Shown here: one piece after another, positions 17,099 through 26,720 of the stretch
How positions within the stretch are numbered: the first letter of the stretch is position 1
How the letters are laid out: each line of letters begins with the position of its first letter
Assembly (NCBI GenBank): GCA_963718915.1
Contig: CAVRAI010000007.1
Coordinates: 465,668-497,667, forward strand
Reading direction: 5' to 3'
DNA from: an uncultured Chloroflexia bacterium
Lineage (GTDB): Bacteria; Chloroflexota; Ktedonobacteria; Ktedonobacterales; JADMIN01
Length of the DNA stretch: 32,000 nucleotides
Translations under genes and position numbers: made by a program
The notes under the pieces: model-generated
Databases searched by the model: none
The model's input: only the letters and a program-made list of their open reading frames with translations
Told to the model about the DNA's origin: nothing

Positions 17099-18328
17099 CT
17101 ACTTCGCGACGCCGAGCGGCGCTATCGGCGCTATCGCGGATGGCGGGGAGGTGTGCCAGCGCCAGCACTCAGCGCCAGTGCGCCTATCGAGCGCGTAGAG
17201 CACACCCTTCCCCCGCTTATCGCTGCGCACCAGGTAGACCGCGCCATCGAGGACGACCGATGTCTCAAACGAAAATGTGCCGTCGGGATTGCTCACCAGG
17301 GGCTGGCGCCAGAGAACCACTCCATCCTCGCTCCGGAGCGCATAGACGCCATCGGCCATGATATTGATGTAGAGGACGTTATCGGCAATGGTGGCTGGGT
17401 AGTGTCCAGGGGCGGCGAACTGATGGCGCCAGCGCATCCTGCCGGTCTTCGTCTCCAGGGCAGAGAGGGAGCGATCCCCTGAGCTGACGTAAATGCTCGC
17501 TTTATGGGCCACCGCGCCGATATAGTGGCCCATAGGATAGCGCAAGACCTCCGCGCCGGTCCTGGCATCCAGGGCAAAGAAATAGCTCTTCCGCGGGTAA
17601 GCGACCGAGCCACTTGTGCCCGCATAGAGCAGATGGTCGGCGACAACCGGTGGCCCGCTTACAATGGTCTCGTCATCGGATTGATAGAGCCAGCGGATCC
17701 GCCCATCCTGTGCGTTGATCGCATAGATCCCCCCTTGGGTCGTGGCATAGATCGTCTCGTCTACGAGCGCATGGAGCGACAGCGTTCCCTCCGCATCCGT
17801 GTCAATGGCTGTCCGCCAGAGCACGCTGCCATCCTGCGCGTTCAGGGCATAGGTTCCGCTATACACGATGCGATCTTTGCTATCGCTCACCAGTGGAGCA
17901 GCCCAATCCATGAACGGCATGGAGGCGACTCTGCCATCGGTCGGGGTATGCCAGCGCAGCGAGCCATCGTCGGCATTGAACGCGCAGGTATAATTGTACT
18001 CGCCAAAGCTCCCAACGCAGACATAGACAACGCCATTGACCACTCGCGGCGTCGCGAACCCCACCCGTGGCGGCGGCGGAACACTCACCATGGGGGGATA
18101 TATCACCTCCCTGACACTCACCAGCTTCACCTGCTGACACCAGCGCGTCGTACCGTCCGCGGCATTAAGGGCATACAGGCAAGCTCCTGTGGAAAGGTAG
18201 AGGGACTGGTCCGCTCGCGCCGGAGCAACCGTCGTCACGACAGGAACCGGTGGCGGAGCAAGACACCGGTTCAGAATTACCTCATACGATGAAGGCGTTT
18301 GATTCAGGCGCATAGCTGTAGCCTTCAC
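17099..18328 (-). CDS. PQQ-like (BamB-type) beta-propeller repeat protein
   Basis: Eight repeats of the type (V/L)YA(L/I)(N/D)xxDGxxxW. Confidence 0.85.
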   Translation of the reverse strand: MKATAMRLNQTPSSYEVILNRCLAPPPVPVVTTVAPARADQSLYLSTGACLYALNAADGTTRWCQQVKLVSVREVIYPPMVSVPPPPRVGFATPRVVNGVVYVCVGSFGEYNYTCAFNADDGSLRWHTPTDGRVASMPFMDWAAPLVSDSKDRIVYSGTYALNAQDGSVLWRTAIDTDAEGTLSLHALVDETIYATTQGGIYAINAQDGRIRWLYQSDDETIVSGPPVVADHLLYAGTSGSVAYPRKSYFFALDARTGAEVLRYPMGHYIGAVAHKASIYVSSGDRSLSALETKTGRMRWRHQFAAPGHYPATIADNVLYINIMADGVYALRSEDGVVLWRQPLVSNPDGTFSFETSVVLDGAVYLVRSDKRGKGVLYALDRRTGAECWRWHTSPPSAIAPIAPLGVAK

Positions 18329-18395
18329 TTCCGCAACGGAGCGGGTACCGCATGCTCGCTTGCCACACTGCGCATCGTTGTTCGTGACCCAGATT

Positions 18396-19121
18396 CTAGT
18401 TCATCTTCATCCGCGAGGCCAGCAGCGACTCGGCGCGTATGATGTCGTCAGGGGTCGTTATCTTGAGGTTGGTGGGCGGACCAAACACGACGCGCGCCTG
18501 CCCACCCGCGCGCTCGAACGATGCTGCCGTATCGCTCCCCTCGAAGCCGTCGGCGCGGGCGGTATCGTACGCGGCCAGCAATCGGCGCGCGTCGAACGCC
18601 TGGGGTGTCTGCGCCAGCGCCAGCTCATCGGGCGGCCATGTCCGCAAGACCTTGCCTTCACCATCCAGTTGGAAGAGCGGCTCATCCGGGGCGGTGGCCA
18701 GCAGCGCGCCACCCGTCGCCGCGGTCGCCGCAGTGAGTTCGTCAATCTCGTCGGGGGTGATGAGCGGACGCGCGCCATCGTGGATCAACAGCAGCGCGAT
18801 TCCGCCCGCCTCGATGCGATGCCGCAGCCACGCCAGCGCCTGATCCTCCGACTGGTGGCGCGTCGCGCCGCCCGCGATCACCGCCGCGACCTTCGCCAGA
18901 CCATGCTCGGCCACTAGTTCCCGGCACATCTCCACTTCATCTGGGTGCGCCACCAGCAGCGTTTCAGTGACTCGCGGCGTCTGCTCGAAGGCGGCGAGCG
19001 CGTGGACGAGAATCGGCTTGCCTCGCAGCGTCAGCAGCACCTTGTTACGTCCCGCGCCCATGCGCGTGCCCTGCCCCGCGCCCAATACCACCGCGACAAC
19101 CGCGCCGCCACTCTCGCCCAT
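18396..19121 (-). CDS. ispD: 2-C-methyl-D-erythritol 4-phosphate cytidylyltransferase
   Basis: VVLGAGQGTRMG, IHDGARP and QTPQAF motifs. The start lies 2 nt after the response-regulator stop, with its RBS (GGAGGAG) inside the regulator's last codons. Confidence 0.9.
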   Translation of the reverse strand: MGESGGAVVAVVLGAGQGTRMGAGRNKVLLTLRGKPILVHALAAFEQTPRVTETLLVAHPDEVEMCRELVAEHGLAKVAAVIAGGATRHQSEDQALAWLRHRIEAGGIALLLIHDGARPLITPDEIDELTAATAATGGALLATAPDEPLFQLDGEGKVLRTWPPDELALAQTPQAFDARRLLAAYDTARADGFEGSDTAASFERAGGQARVVFGPPTNLKITTPDDIIRAESLLASRMKMN

Positions 19122-19123
19122 CG

Positions 19124-19843
19124 CTACGACTCCTCCGACTGGAGCAGCCCCACCCGCAGCGCATAGCGCACGAGATCCGAACGATGGTGGAGGTTCAACT
19201 TGCGCATGACGCGGGTGCGGTAGGTCTCGACAGTCTTGGCGCTCAGCGCGAGCCGGTCGCCAATCTCCTGGCTGCTGTAGCCCTGCGCTGTCAGCGAGAG
19301 CACCTCGCGTTCGCGGTCGCTCAGGCCATCGGGCTGGCTGCCATCGGCGGTCTCCTCCAGCGCGCGTTTCTGCTCGCGATAGCGCGAGAGCAGCAGCATC
19401 GTCGCCGATGGATAGAGGAAAATATCGCCAGCCGCGACGGTGCGAATCGCGGTGAAGAGATCGGTATCCACCCCCTGCTTGAGCACATAGCCGTAGCCGC
19501 CGGACTCAAGCACCTGAAACAGGTACTCGTTCTCGGCATGCATCGTCAGCACCAGCACCCGCCCCGGCACATTGTCCGTCTGCATACGCCGCAGGGCCTC
19601 CAACCCGTCCACATCGGGCATGCTGATATCGAGCAGGATGATATCGGGGCGCAGTTCATTGGCGCGGGTGATAGCCTCGGCCCCGTTGCCCGCCTCGCCG
19701 ACGACCCGCACATCCGGCTGGCTTTCCAGCAAAGCGCGCAGCCCCGCGCGGAAGATCGGATGGTCGTCCACCAATAGAATGCGGATAGGGGTAGCAGGGG
19801 TCTGGTGGTCGCCAGACGACTCGGCGCTATACTCCATGGTCAT
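19124..19843 (-). CDS. NarL/FixJ-family response regulator (REC + LuxR HTH)
   Basis: ILLVDDHP, DIILLDISMPDVDG and the LuxR HTH LSDREREVL..EIGDRLALSAKTVETYRTRVMRKL. Start chosen at ATG 19843, which overlaps the kinase end. 19867 and 19837 are also possible. Confidence 0.9.
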   Translation of the reverse strand: MTMEYSAESSGDHQTPATPIRILLVDDHPIFRAGLRALLESQPDVRVVGEAGNGAEAITRANELRPDIILLDISMPDVDGLEALRRMQTDNVPGRVLVLTMHAENEYLFQVLESGGYGYVLKQGVDTDLFTAIRTVAAGDIFLYPSATMLLLSRYREQKRALEETADGSQPDGLSDREREVLSLTAQGYSSQEIGDRLALSAKTVETYRTRVMRKLNLHHRSDLVRYALRVGLLQSEES

Positions 19844-21014
19844 CCGTCTCCGCATCCAGCGCCGCATCCAGCGGCACCCGTAACGTTACCGAGGCTCCGC
19901 GTCCGGGCGCCGATTGGAGCGCGAGCGAGCCTCCGGCCAGACGGGCGCGTTCTTCCATACCGAAGAGGCCAACGCCCGCGCCGCCCATTGGCTGACGATG
20001 CCGCCCGGCAAACGTCTCCGGGGTATAGCCGCGGCCATCATCGCGGATCGTCGCCACCAGCCAGTCGCCCTCACGCCGCACGACGACGCTGATATGCTGC
20101 GCGCCCGCGTGTTTCGCCGAATTGGTGAGGGCTTCCTGCACGACGCGATACACCGCCAGCGTGCGCTCGCGCGCCAGGTCGATTGGTTCACGGGGCAACT
20201 CGATGGTCACGTGCAGCCCGGTGCTTTCGGTAAAGGTGGCGACGAGTGAGCGGAGCGCCGGGAGCAGGCCAAGCTGGTCAATCGTCGGCGGACGCAGATT
20301 AAGCGCGAGGCGACGCACCTGGTCGATGGCGCTGGCAATCAGCCCCCGCAGTTCTTCGATTTGTGGCTGAATCACCTCGGCGCCCGGCAGCGATTCCAGC
20401 AGCTTCAGGCGGATCAGCAGCAGCGTGAGCACCTGGCCGGTATCATCATGCAGCTCGCGGGCGATGCGCTGGCGTTCGTCCTCCTGTGCGCGAATCAGCG
20501 CGCCCGAGAGGTTACGCACCTGGCTTTCGTAGCTTTGCACGTTATCGAGCATCACATTGAGCGTATCGGCGATGCGCGCAATCTCGACATCGGCCAGCGG
20601 CGTCGGCTGCGCCCGTACCGAGAGATCACCCTCGCCGACCCGACGCACGACATCCTGCAAGCGACTGAGCGGACCGAGGGCGGCGCGCAACACCAGCGCG
20701 TTGAGCAGAATCGAGAGCGCCAGCCCGGCGGCGAGAAATGTCACCGTCAGCGGCAGATAGATGCCAGCCTCACTCGGCGAGCGTAACGTGGCGACACGCA
20801 GCGTAATCGCTGTGCCCGCCAGCGCGCCCAGCACGATGAGCGCCGAGTTGGCAATCAGTACTTTATAGAAGAGGGATATGCCGAAGAGCCGCTGTGCCAG
20901 TCGCGTCACCGGGCGTTGCGGTTCGTGCGCGGCGGGCGCATTCGTCGGAGGTGCGCCACTGGCGTCCGCTGCCACTGGCGCGGCTTCGGCTGGCCGTCCG
21001 AGGTGAAGTGTCAT
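19827..21014 (-). CDS. Sensor histidine kinase (HAMP + HisKA_3 + HATPase, NarX/DegS type)
   Basis: Two TM segments, H-box RELHDDTGQ, and ATPase motifs DDGRGY and GVGLFGMEERA. Confidence 0.9.
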   Translation of the reverse strand: MTLHLGRPAEAAPVAADASGAPPTNAPAAHEPQRPVTRLAQRLFGISLFYKVLIANSALIVLGALAGTAITLRVATLRSPSEAGIYLPLTVTFLAAGLALSILLNALVLRAALGPLSRLQDVVRRVGEGDLSVRAQPTPLADVEIARIADTLNVMLDNVQSYESQVRNLSGALIRAQEDERQRIARELHDDTGQVLTLLLIRLKLLESLPGAEVIQPQIEELRGLIASAIDQVRRLALNLRPPTIDQLGLLPALRSLVATFTESTGLHVTIELPREPIDLARERTLAVYRVVQEALTNSAKHAGAQHISVVVRREGDWLVATIRDDGRGYTPETFAGRHRQPMGGAGVGLFGMEERARLAGGSLALQSAPGRGASVTLRVPLDAALDAETDDHGV

Positions 21015-21113
21015 GCTGCCATCCTGATCGAGTCTGTCGCGAGAAATTCCTCACACCTATTGTACGTTGCCGCTGCGCGGAAAGTCATGACTCAGCCGCG
21101 ATTCAGCGACGGC

Positions 21114-21635
21114 TCAAGCGGGGCGGGACATCGCGAGAAACTCGCATTGATCGCCATTGAAACGACGGGTGAATGTATCGAGGGGGCGGAATCCAGCGCG
21201 CTCATAGACGCGCTGGGCGCGCACGTTGAACGTTGCGACATCCAGCGTGAATCGCGTCGGCGCGTAGCGGTCGCGGGCGAAATCCAGCCCCGCCTCGACG
21301 AACGATAACCCCAGCCCCCTGCCGGTCATATCAGGTCGCATTGCCAGCCCGATTTCAATAACGCCGCCGCGCTGGATGAAGGTGAAGACACCGATCCGCT
21401 CGTTGGCCTCGTCGAAATCAGCGAAGACGACGAACGCCTCCAGGCCAAGCATACGGAGCGGCGCTCGAAAAAGCGCCAGCGAGAGCATCGGCAGGGTGTC
21501 TTGATCGTAGAACGCATAGACGCCATCGTAACGCCAGCGGCTGATAGCACGCGCGTCACTCCAGCGCAGCGACTCGAATCGGTATGGCGTGGGTGGCACG
21601 GATGGCACGGATGGCATGGATGACATGGATGACAT
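21114..21635 (-). CDS. GNAT-family N-acetyltransferase
   Basis: GNAT core with MTGRGLGLSFVEA. Start is ambiguous. Five in-frame ATG/GTG codons lie within a 9-bp tandem repeat. The ORF-track start 21719 overlaps the upstream gene by 32 nt. Confidence 0.8.
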   Translation of the reverse strand: MSSMSSMPSVPSVPPTPYRFESLRWSDARAISRWRYDGVYAFYDQDTLPMLSLALFRAPLRMLGLEAFVVFADFDEANERIGVFTFIQRGGVIEIGLAMRPDMTGRGLGLSFVEAGLDFARDRYAPTRFTLDVATFNVRAQRVYERAGFRPLDTFTRRFNGDQCEFLAMSRPA

Positions 21636-21637
21636 GG
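21595..21637. repeat. Tandem repeat, 9-bp unit GGCACGGAT x ~4.8, within the GNAT 5' end
   Basis: Units at 21595, 21604, 21613, 21622 and 21631 (GGCACGGAT, GGCACGGAT, GGCATGGAT, GACATGGAT, GACATGG). Encodes MSS-MSS-MPS-VPS-VP on the minus strand. Confidence 0.95.
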
Positions 21638-21687
21638 TCTCAACCCTGCGGACTGGATGGTCGTATGGCGTGCGGCTTTGCCGCTCC

Positions 21688-22233
21688 TTAGTGTACTGAA
21701 ACGGATGGCGCGGCGGCAAGGTGTCGCAGCCAGCGGCGCGTCTGGCGCGGGGAACGCAGGCGAATGAGGCGCAGGTGGCTAAAATCGGGCTGCGCGAATT
21801 GCTGGCGATAGCGATGGCGGTTCTTGCCCCAGGTCGTCAGCGACCACAGGATGATCGAGTCGCGCGAGAAAACGCTGCGCAGGCGCTCGCGATTGCCGTT
21901 CCAAAGCTCCGTTCGCGTGATGAGGCGACGCGCGGTGCGCCTGGTAATGCGGCTGATGACGAGCGGGAGCGCATAGTCGAGCCAGATCACCGTATCAGCG
22001 CGCGCCCAGGTAACATCATGAAGCGAGCTATAATTACCGTCCACGACCCAGGAATCGCCCGAAAGCGCCTCGGCGACACGCGCCAGCAGGAGAGGTGTTT
22101 CGGTTGATGTCCAGCCGGGCTGCCAATGCAGAGCATCCAGCTCGACATGCGGGATGTTCAGCCGCTCGGCAAGCAGGCGGGCGAGCGTCGTCTTGCCGGA
22201 GCCGCTCGTGCCGACGATGCAGATGCGGCGCAT
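21688..22233 (-). CDS. P-loop NTPase, adenylate-kinase-like (topology-modulation/FlaR-type AAA family)
   Basis: N-terminal Walker A in ICIVGTSGSGKTTLARLLAERL and a small ~180-aa kinase-like fold. Confidence 0.8.
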   Translation of the reverse strand: MRRICIVGTSGSGKTTLARLLAERLNIPHVELDALHWQPGWTSTETPLLLARVAEALSGDSWVVDGNYSSLHDVTWARADTVIWLDYALPLVISRITRRTARRLITRTELWNGNRERLRSVFSRDSIILWSLTTWGKNRHRYRQQFAQPDFSHLRLIRLRSPRQTRRWLRHLAAAPSVSVH

Positions 22234-22247
22234 GATGTTCCTCCAGA

Positions 22248-22286
22248 GACCTCACCCCCAGCCCCTCTCCTAGGAGGAGAGGGGAG
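22248..22286 (+). repeat. Hairpin repeat family copy B1
   Basis: GACCTCACCCCCAGCCCCTCTCCTAGGAGGAGAGGGGAG. Confidence 0.85.
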
Positions 22287-22322
22287 TACGCTCGTTGCCA
22301 CCTGGCACGATGCTCACCTAGT

Positions 22323-22343
22323 CCCTCCCCTTGTAGGGGAGGG
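22323..22343. repeat. Perfect G/C hairpin CCCTCCCC-TTGTA-GGGGAGGG
   Basis: 8-bp perfect stem between copies B1 and B2. Related to 11829-11852. Confidence 0.8.
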
Positions 22344-22379
22344 TGGCCGAAGGCCGGGAGAGGTCCGTCGCCAGCCAGA

Positions 22380-22424
22380 GACCTCACCCCCAGCCCCCTC
22401 TCCTACGAGGAAAGGGGAGCCAGA
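22380..22424 (+). repeat. Hairpin repeat family copy B2
   Basis: GACCTCACCCCCAGCCCCCTCTCCTACGAGGAAAGGGGAGCCAGA. Confidence 0.85.
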
Positions 22425-22445
22425 AATGTACGGCCCCATATGGTA

Positions 22446-22940
22446 TCAGCGGTAGCGCGCCATCAGATATTCGTCGTGAAGCTCGCCTTCGGAGATGACG
22501 CTCATCTTGCGCAACCCCTCGACGACGAAACCATGCCGCTCGTACAGCGCTTTGGCGCGGGCATTCTCAGCGAAGACGGTCAGTTCGACACGACGGAGCA
22601 TCAGCCAGTTGTCGGCGACATCGAGCAGCGCTTCGAGCAGCCGCGCGCCGATGCCCTGGCCCTGAAACTCGCGGGCGACGAAGAGAAAGACTTTGCCACT
22701 ATGGCGCAGCCGTCCACTGCCGACGTGCAGTCCCGCCAGGCCGACCACCTCACCCGCGACCTCAGCGACGAACCAGTGATCGTCACGGGTCAGCCCTTGG
22801 AGCGTCTCGATACGCTGCTGGAGGCGGTCGCTCGGCAGCGCCAGAATGGTCTCGATGACCCCCAGCTGGCGGGTAATATTCCAGACGGCGGGGGCGTCGT
22901 TCTCGTGGACAGGCCGTACGACAACTGCGGTATCGGCCAT
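22446..22940 (-). CDS. GNAT-family N-acetyltransferase
   Basis: 164 aa with motif A QGQGIGARLLEALL. RBS GAAGGAG. Confidence 0.9.
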   Translation of the reverse strand: MADTAVVVRPVHENDAPAVWNITRQLGVIETILALPSDRLQQRIETLQGLTRDDHWFVAEVAGEVVGLAGLHVGSGRLRHSGKVFLFVAREFQGQGIGARLLEALLDVADNWLMLRRVELTVFAENARAKALYERHGFVVEGLRKMSVISEGELHDEYLMARYR

Positions 22941-22973
22941 GATTGGCTCCTTCTACGCACAAACCAGCGGTTT

Positions 22974-23002
22974 ACTATAATTCGCGTAGGCCAGCGTCGT
23001 CA
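22974..23002 (-). promoter_or_regulatory. Candidate promoter for the GNAT gene, TTGACG-18 bp-TATAGT
   Basis: Read on the minus strand. -35 at 22997-23002 and -10 at 22974-22979. Confidence 0.4.
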
Positions 23003-23065
23003 AGACATCGACAGCGCCGTCCCTGGACAGATATCAACCGAATGGCGTACCATTGCCTGACAACG

Positions 23066-23074
23066 TGGTACAAT
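23066..23074 (+). promoter_or_regulatory. Candidate extended -10 promoter (TGgTACAAT) for the PRTase gene
   Basis: TGG-TACAAT at 23066-23074 with no good -35. About 135 nt upstream of ATG 23211. Confidence 0.35.
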
Positions 23075-23210
23075 GCGGGCGGAAAATTCTCCTGGCGCTC
23101 GCTGTACTCCACTCGACGATGCCGTCGGACAGTGCTGTGCATTGCCGCATGCGCATGGGTGTTCGCTTGCCAGCGCGGATGAAATGGACAGGATTTCCGG
23201 AGGGTTGAGC

Positions 23211-23876
23211 ATGAACAGAAATCAGGCGCTGGATAACCTGTGGCTGGCACGCGCATTGTACGACCTTGGCGCTGTCTCGTTCGGCGATTTCACCCTGGGC
23301 GACAGCACCACTAACTCACCCGTCTTTATCAATCCCAAGCTGCTGATTAGCAATCCGATGGCGCTTCGGGTCGCGGTCAAACTGATGCACCAGGAGGTCA
23401 CGCTGGCGCAATCGTTGCGGCGCGCGCGGGTACATCCCTACGATGTCGTCGCTGGTGTGCCGGTCGGTGGCTTGCTGCTCGCTACGGCGTTCTCGCTGGA
23501 ATCATCGGTTCCACTGATTTATCCGCGTCTCAAGCCCGAAGGCACCGGCCCGCGCGGCATCGAGGGGCGCTTCCAGCCGGGAGCGCGCGCGCTGCTGATT
23601 GACGACCTGATTACCGGCGGCAGGAATATTCTGGAGACAGCGCAATTTCTTCAAGAACACGATATTGTCGTCCACGACGCGCTGGTGCTGATCGACCGCG
23701 ACATGGGCGCTCATGCGCGACTGAAGGCGCAGGGCATCAATCTCATCAGCATCCTCAAGCTGGAGGTGATGATGAAATTCTACTCCTCACAGGGGCTGAT
23801 CGACCCAGACGACTACCAGCGCTACGTCGACTACGCGCAACTCAACGCCCCCTCGCGCGCGCCGAGTGCTGAGTAG
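23211..23876 (+). CDS. Type I phosphoribosyltransferase, orotate-PRTase-like
   Basis: ATG 23211 after GGAGGG. N-terminal FGDFTLGD....SPVFINPK resembles PyrE. PRPP loop ALLIDDLITGG. Confidence 0.75.
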   Translation: MNRNQALDNLWLARALYDLGAVSFGDFTLGDSTTNSPVFINPKLLISNPMALRVAVKLMHQEVTLAQSLRRARVHPYDVVAGVPVGGLLLATAFSLESSVPLIYPRLKPEGTGPRGIEGRFQPGARALLIDDLITGGRNILETAQFLQEHDIVVHDALVLIDRDMGAHARLKAQGINLISILKLEVMMKFYSSQGLIDPDDYQRYVDYAQLNAPSRAPSAE

Positions 23877-23882
23877 GAGACT

Positions 23883-23930
23883 GACCTCATTCCCAGCCCC
23901 CCTCTCCGCGAAGGAGAAGGGGAACCAGAG
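23883..23930 (+). repeat. Hairpin repeat family copy C (diverged)
   Basis: GACCTCATTCCCAGCCCCCCTCTCCGCGAAGGAGAAGGGGAACCAGAG, between convergent gene ends. Confidence 0.75.
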
Positions 23931-23953
23931 TCGCCTGTGTCGCCGACCCTCAC

Positions 23954-24883
23954 TTACTGCTGAATATCAGGATCGAGGGTGCGCGGCGCCTGAGGCAGCG
24001 GCGTGGTTGGTGGCTGCGGTTGCCCAAACGGCTCGGAGATCGCCGGTGGCGGCGTGCCCGAAGTCGGTGCGGAAGCTGGTTTCGCTGGAGGATTGCCGTT
24101 GGGTGCGATCCGATGGGATGCCGCCGTTAGTAACTCGCGTAGCGGCTCGATGAGATCAATGGGCAGGGGGAAAATAACCGTTGAATTCTTTTCCGCCGCA
24201 ATCTCCGTCAGCGTCTGCAGATAGCGCAACTGGAGCGCCGCTGGCTCGGTAGAGATCAGATGGGCCGCATCGGCGAGCGTCTGCGCCGCCTGGTATTCGC
24301 CTTGCGCCAGCAGCACCTTGGCCCGCTTCTCGCGCTCGGCCTCCGCCTGTTTCGCCATTGCGCGCTGCATCGTCTGTGGCAGCTCGACGTCTTTGATCTC
24401 AACCGTGGTCACTTTGATTCCCCAGCGCTCCGTATGCTCATCAATGATCTGCTGCACGCGTGATTGATTTCTTCGCGCTTGGCCAGAAGTTCATCCAGTT
24501 CTGACTGGCCCATAACGTTGCGCAGCGTCGTCTGGGCAATCTGCACGGTCGCGCGGTAGTAGTCCAGCACATTGTTGACGGCCTCGTTGGGAGTTGACCA
24601 CATAGAAGTACACGACCGCACTGACCTTCACCGTCACATTATCGCGCGTGACGCCTTCTTGCGGCGGTAACTCAATGGTGACGATACGCAGGTCGATCTT
24701 GCGCATTGTACTGATAAACGGCGGGACCCAGAAGACGCCTGGACCTTTCGCTCCACGCAGCCGGCCAAGCACAAAGATGACACCGCGCTCGTACTGATTC
24801 ACCACTCGCAGCCCCGCCAGAAGGAACAGCAGGAGCAAAACCACAATGATAGCGCCCGCTACACTTAATGTAACTGGATCCAC
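23954..24883 (-). pseudogene. Stomatin/slipin-type SPFH (band-7) protein, interrupted by 2 frameshifts
   Basis: Three pieces in three frames join into one SPFH protein: 24883-~24595 (GTG start, TM, ...[10 protein letters not shown]), ~24590-~24460 ([43 protein letters not shown]) and ~24457-23954 ([15 protein letters not shown]...[11 protein letters not shown]...LQLRYLQTL...). Confidence 0.8.
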
Positions 24884-24916
24884 CTCGTCCCCTCGTTTCT
24901 GTTATCACGTCCGCCG

Positions 24917-26317
24917 TTACTTATGACGACGTGACACTCCCACCACATCCGAAGTTGGCTCAACCAGGGCTTTTAGTCCCTCCACGCGCACCACCCGAAC
25001 CGACGCGCCCGCCTCGATGGGCGGCGCATCAACCTGCGTCAGACGAGCGCTCCAATCCCTCCCATGACACGCACGCGGCCCTCTGGCGCCAGCGATGTTA
25101 GCACCGTCGCCTGCTGGCCAACCAGTCCCGCGCTGCCAGTGCGCACCGGCCAGCGCTGCGAGCGGATCACGAATTGCAGCACGATGAGCGCGATCAGGCC
25201 GACGCCAATTACCACCCCGCCGATGATCACTGGACTGAGTGGTTGCGTGCCCCGGTCCACACCAGTGTCAAAGAAGATAAACGAGCCGAGCGCCAGGCTG
25301 ACCAGCGCCCCCACCGAGAGAACGCCATGCGTCGGCACGCGCACGTCTATCCCCAGCAGCACAATCGCCAGCAGCATCAGCGCCAGCCCCGCCCAGTTGG
25401 GGTCAGCGTCCCCGCGCCCAGCAGGAAGAGCACCAGCGCAATCGCGCCGATGGTTCCGGGCACAATGGCTCCGGGGTGTGCCAGTTCGAGGTAGATACAG
25501 ACCGCCGCGACGATGAACACCAGGAAGAGGACGGTGGGATCGAGGAAAAATCCTGCACCTGATCGGCGAACGTCGGTTCCAGCACCGTCACCGGCAGCCC
25601 CGCGACCTGCAGCAAGACAGTCTTGCCGCTGAACATCACCACCGATGTGTCGTCGAGCTGGTTGAGCAGATCATCGCGGGAGGTGGCGCGGAGGTTGATC
25701 AGGCCGTTATCGAGCGCCTCCTCGTCGGTGAAAGAGGCGGCATTAGTCACCGTCTGCTCCGCCGGGGCTATCGTGCGATGATATGCCTTCTGCACCGAAC
25801 GAACCATCGCCAGCAGGTCATTCTTGACCTTGGCATCCAGCGTTGAGGGCAGGTTATCGCCCGCGCTATCCACCGGGCTGGCCGCGCCAATACGGGTGCC
25901 GGGCGCCATCGCGATAATCGGTGCGGAGTAGGCGATCAGCGCGCCAGCCGAGGCCGCTCTCCCGCCCGCGGGGGTAACATAGACGGCGACAGGTACCGGA
26001 CTGGCCAGAATCGCCTGTGAAATAGCCTTCATGGAGTCAAGATCGCCGCCGGGCGTATCCATCTCGATGATGAGCAGCGCCGCCCCATCGTCATGCGCCG
26101 TCTGTATCGCGCCAGTCAGGAAGCGCGCCGACGCGGTATCTACCTCCTGATCGAAGGCGACCACATCGACGTGAGGGCCATTGGCGAGCGCCGTGGGCGC
26201 GCCACCAACCAGCGCCGCCACCGCCAGCGCCACAGCGCAGACGCAAATCAGCGTCAGGGACAGCGCGATGCCGCCAACGATCCATCCGCTTCGCGCAGGG
26301 AAGGATGCCACGCGCAT
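24917..26317 (-). pseudogene. NfeD-family membrane-bound ClpP-class serine protease, interrupted by 3 frameshifts
   Basis: ATG 26317 after a perfect AAGGAGG. The protease domain (..LIIEMDTPGGDL..GGRAASAGALI..) is in frame 1. TM block FLDPTVLFLVFIV...LFLLGAG is in frame 2. TM block DPNWAGLALMLLAIV...RVRVMGGI is in frame 0. The OB-fold tail WSARLTQVDAPPIEAGASVRVVRVEGLKALV is back in frame 1 and ends at 24917. Confidence 0.8.
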
Positions 26318-26399
26318 AGTAAGCCTCCTTACCCAAAACCAGCCGCTCTGCCTTCTTCGCCACATTCCATAACACAGCTCTGCTGATGGCGCTAGCCTG

Positions 26400-26428
26400 A
26401 ATATAGACCTACAGCTACATGCCGTCAA
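26400..26428 (-). promoter_or_regulatory. Near-consensus promoter of the NfeD-SPFH operon, TTGACG-17 bp-TATATT
   Basis: Read on the minus strand. -35 at 26423-26428 and -10 at 26400-26405. About 75 nt upstream of ATG 26317. Confidence 0.5.
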
Positions 26429-26720
26429 GCGGCGAAACATTCGGCCTCAATGCGAGTACCACGAGCATGTACACGACAATTGTTGCCGGGTTCATAATCT
26501 CGGCGCTTATCACTTCCTTATATGTTGAATCCAGCAACCAGCAAAGATTCCCATAGGTATCGCCTGGAGTAACCAGTCTCATAAGCAAGGACGCTTCTCA
26601 GATGCGCAAATTACTGGTCGTGTGCATGACATGCGTCGTGATGCCGAACTCTTCGAGACGCTCGCCGAAAAATGGAACAGCCAGAACCGCACGGCCCCTC
26701 GCTGTTGAGCCAGATCCCGT

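Noticed and set aside
23075-23210. PyrR-type binding loop in the PRTase leader (AUUUCCGGAGGGUUGAG versus consensus ARUCCAGAGAGGYU).
   Set aside because: The resemblance is partial and coincides with the Shine-Dalgarno sequence itself. There is no anti-terminator/terminator pair and no pyrR nearby.
26441-26720. Small ORF 26602..26790 (+), and a 40-codon open stretch continuing in frame after the TIR gene's TGA stop (..FGERLEEFGITTHVMHTTSNLRI).
   Set aside because: No start codon or RBS, no recognisable domain and short length. Stop-codon read-through is pure speculation. The region is better explained as the promoter and leader of the NfeD operon.
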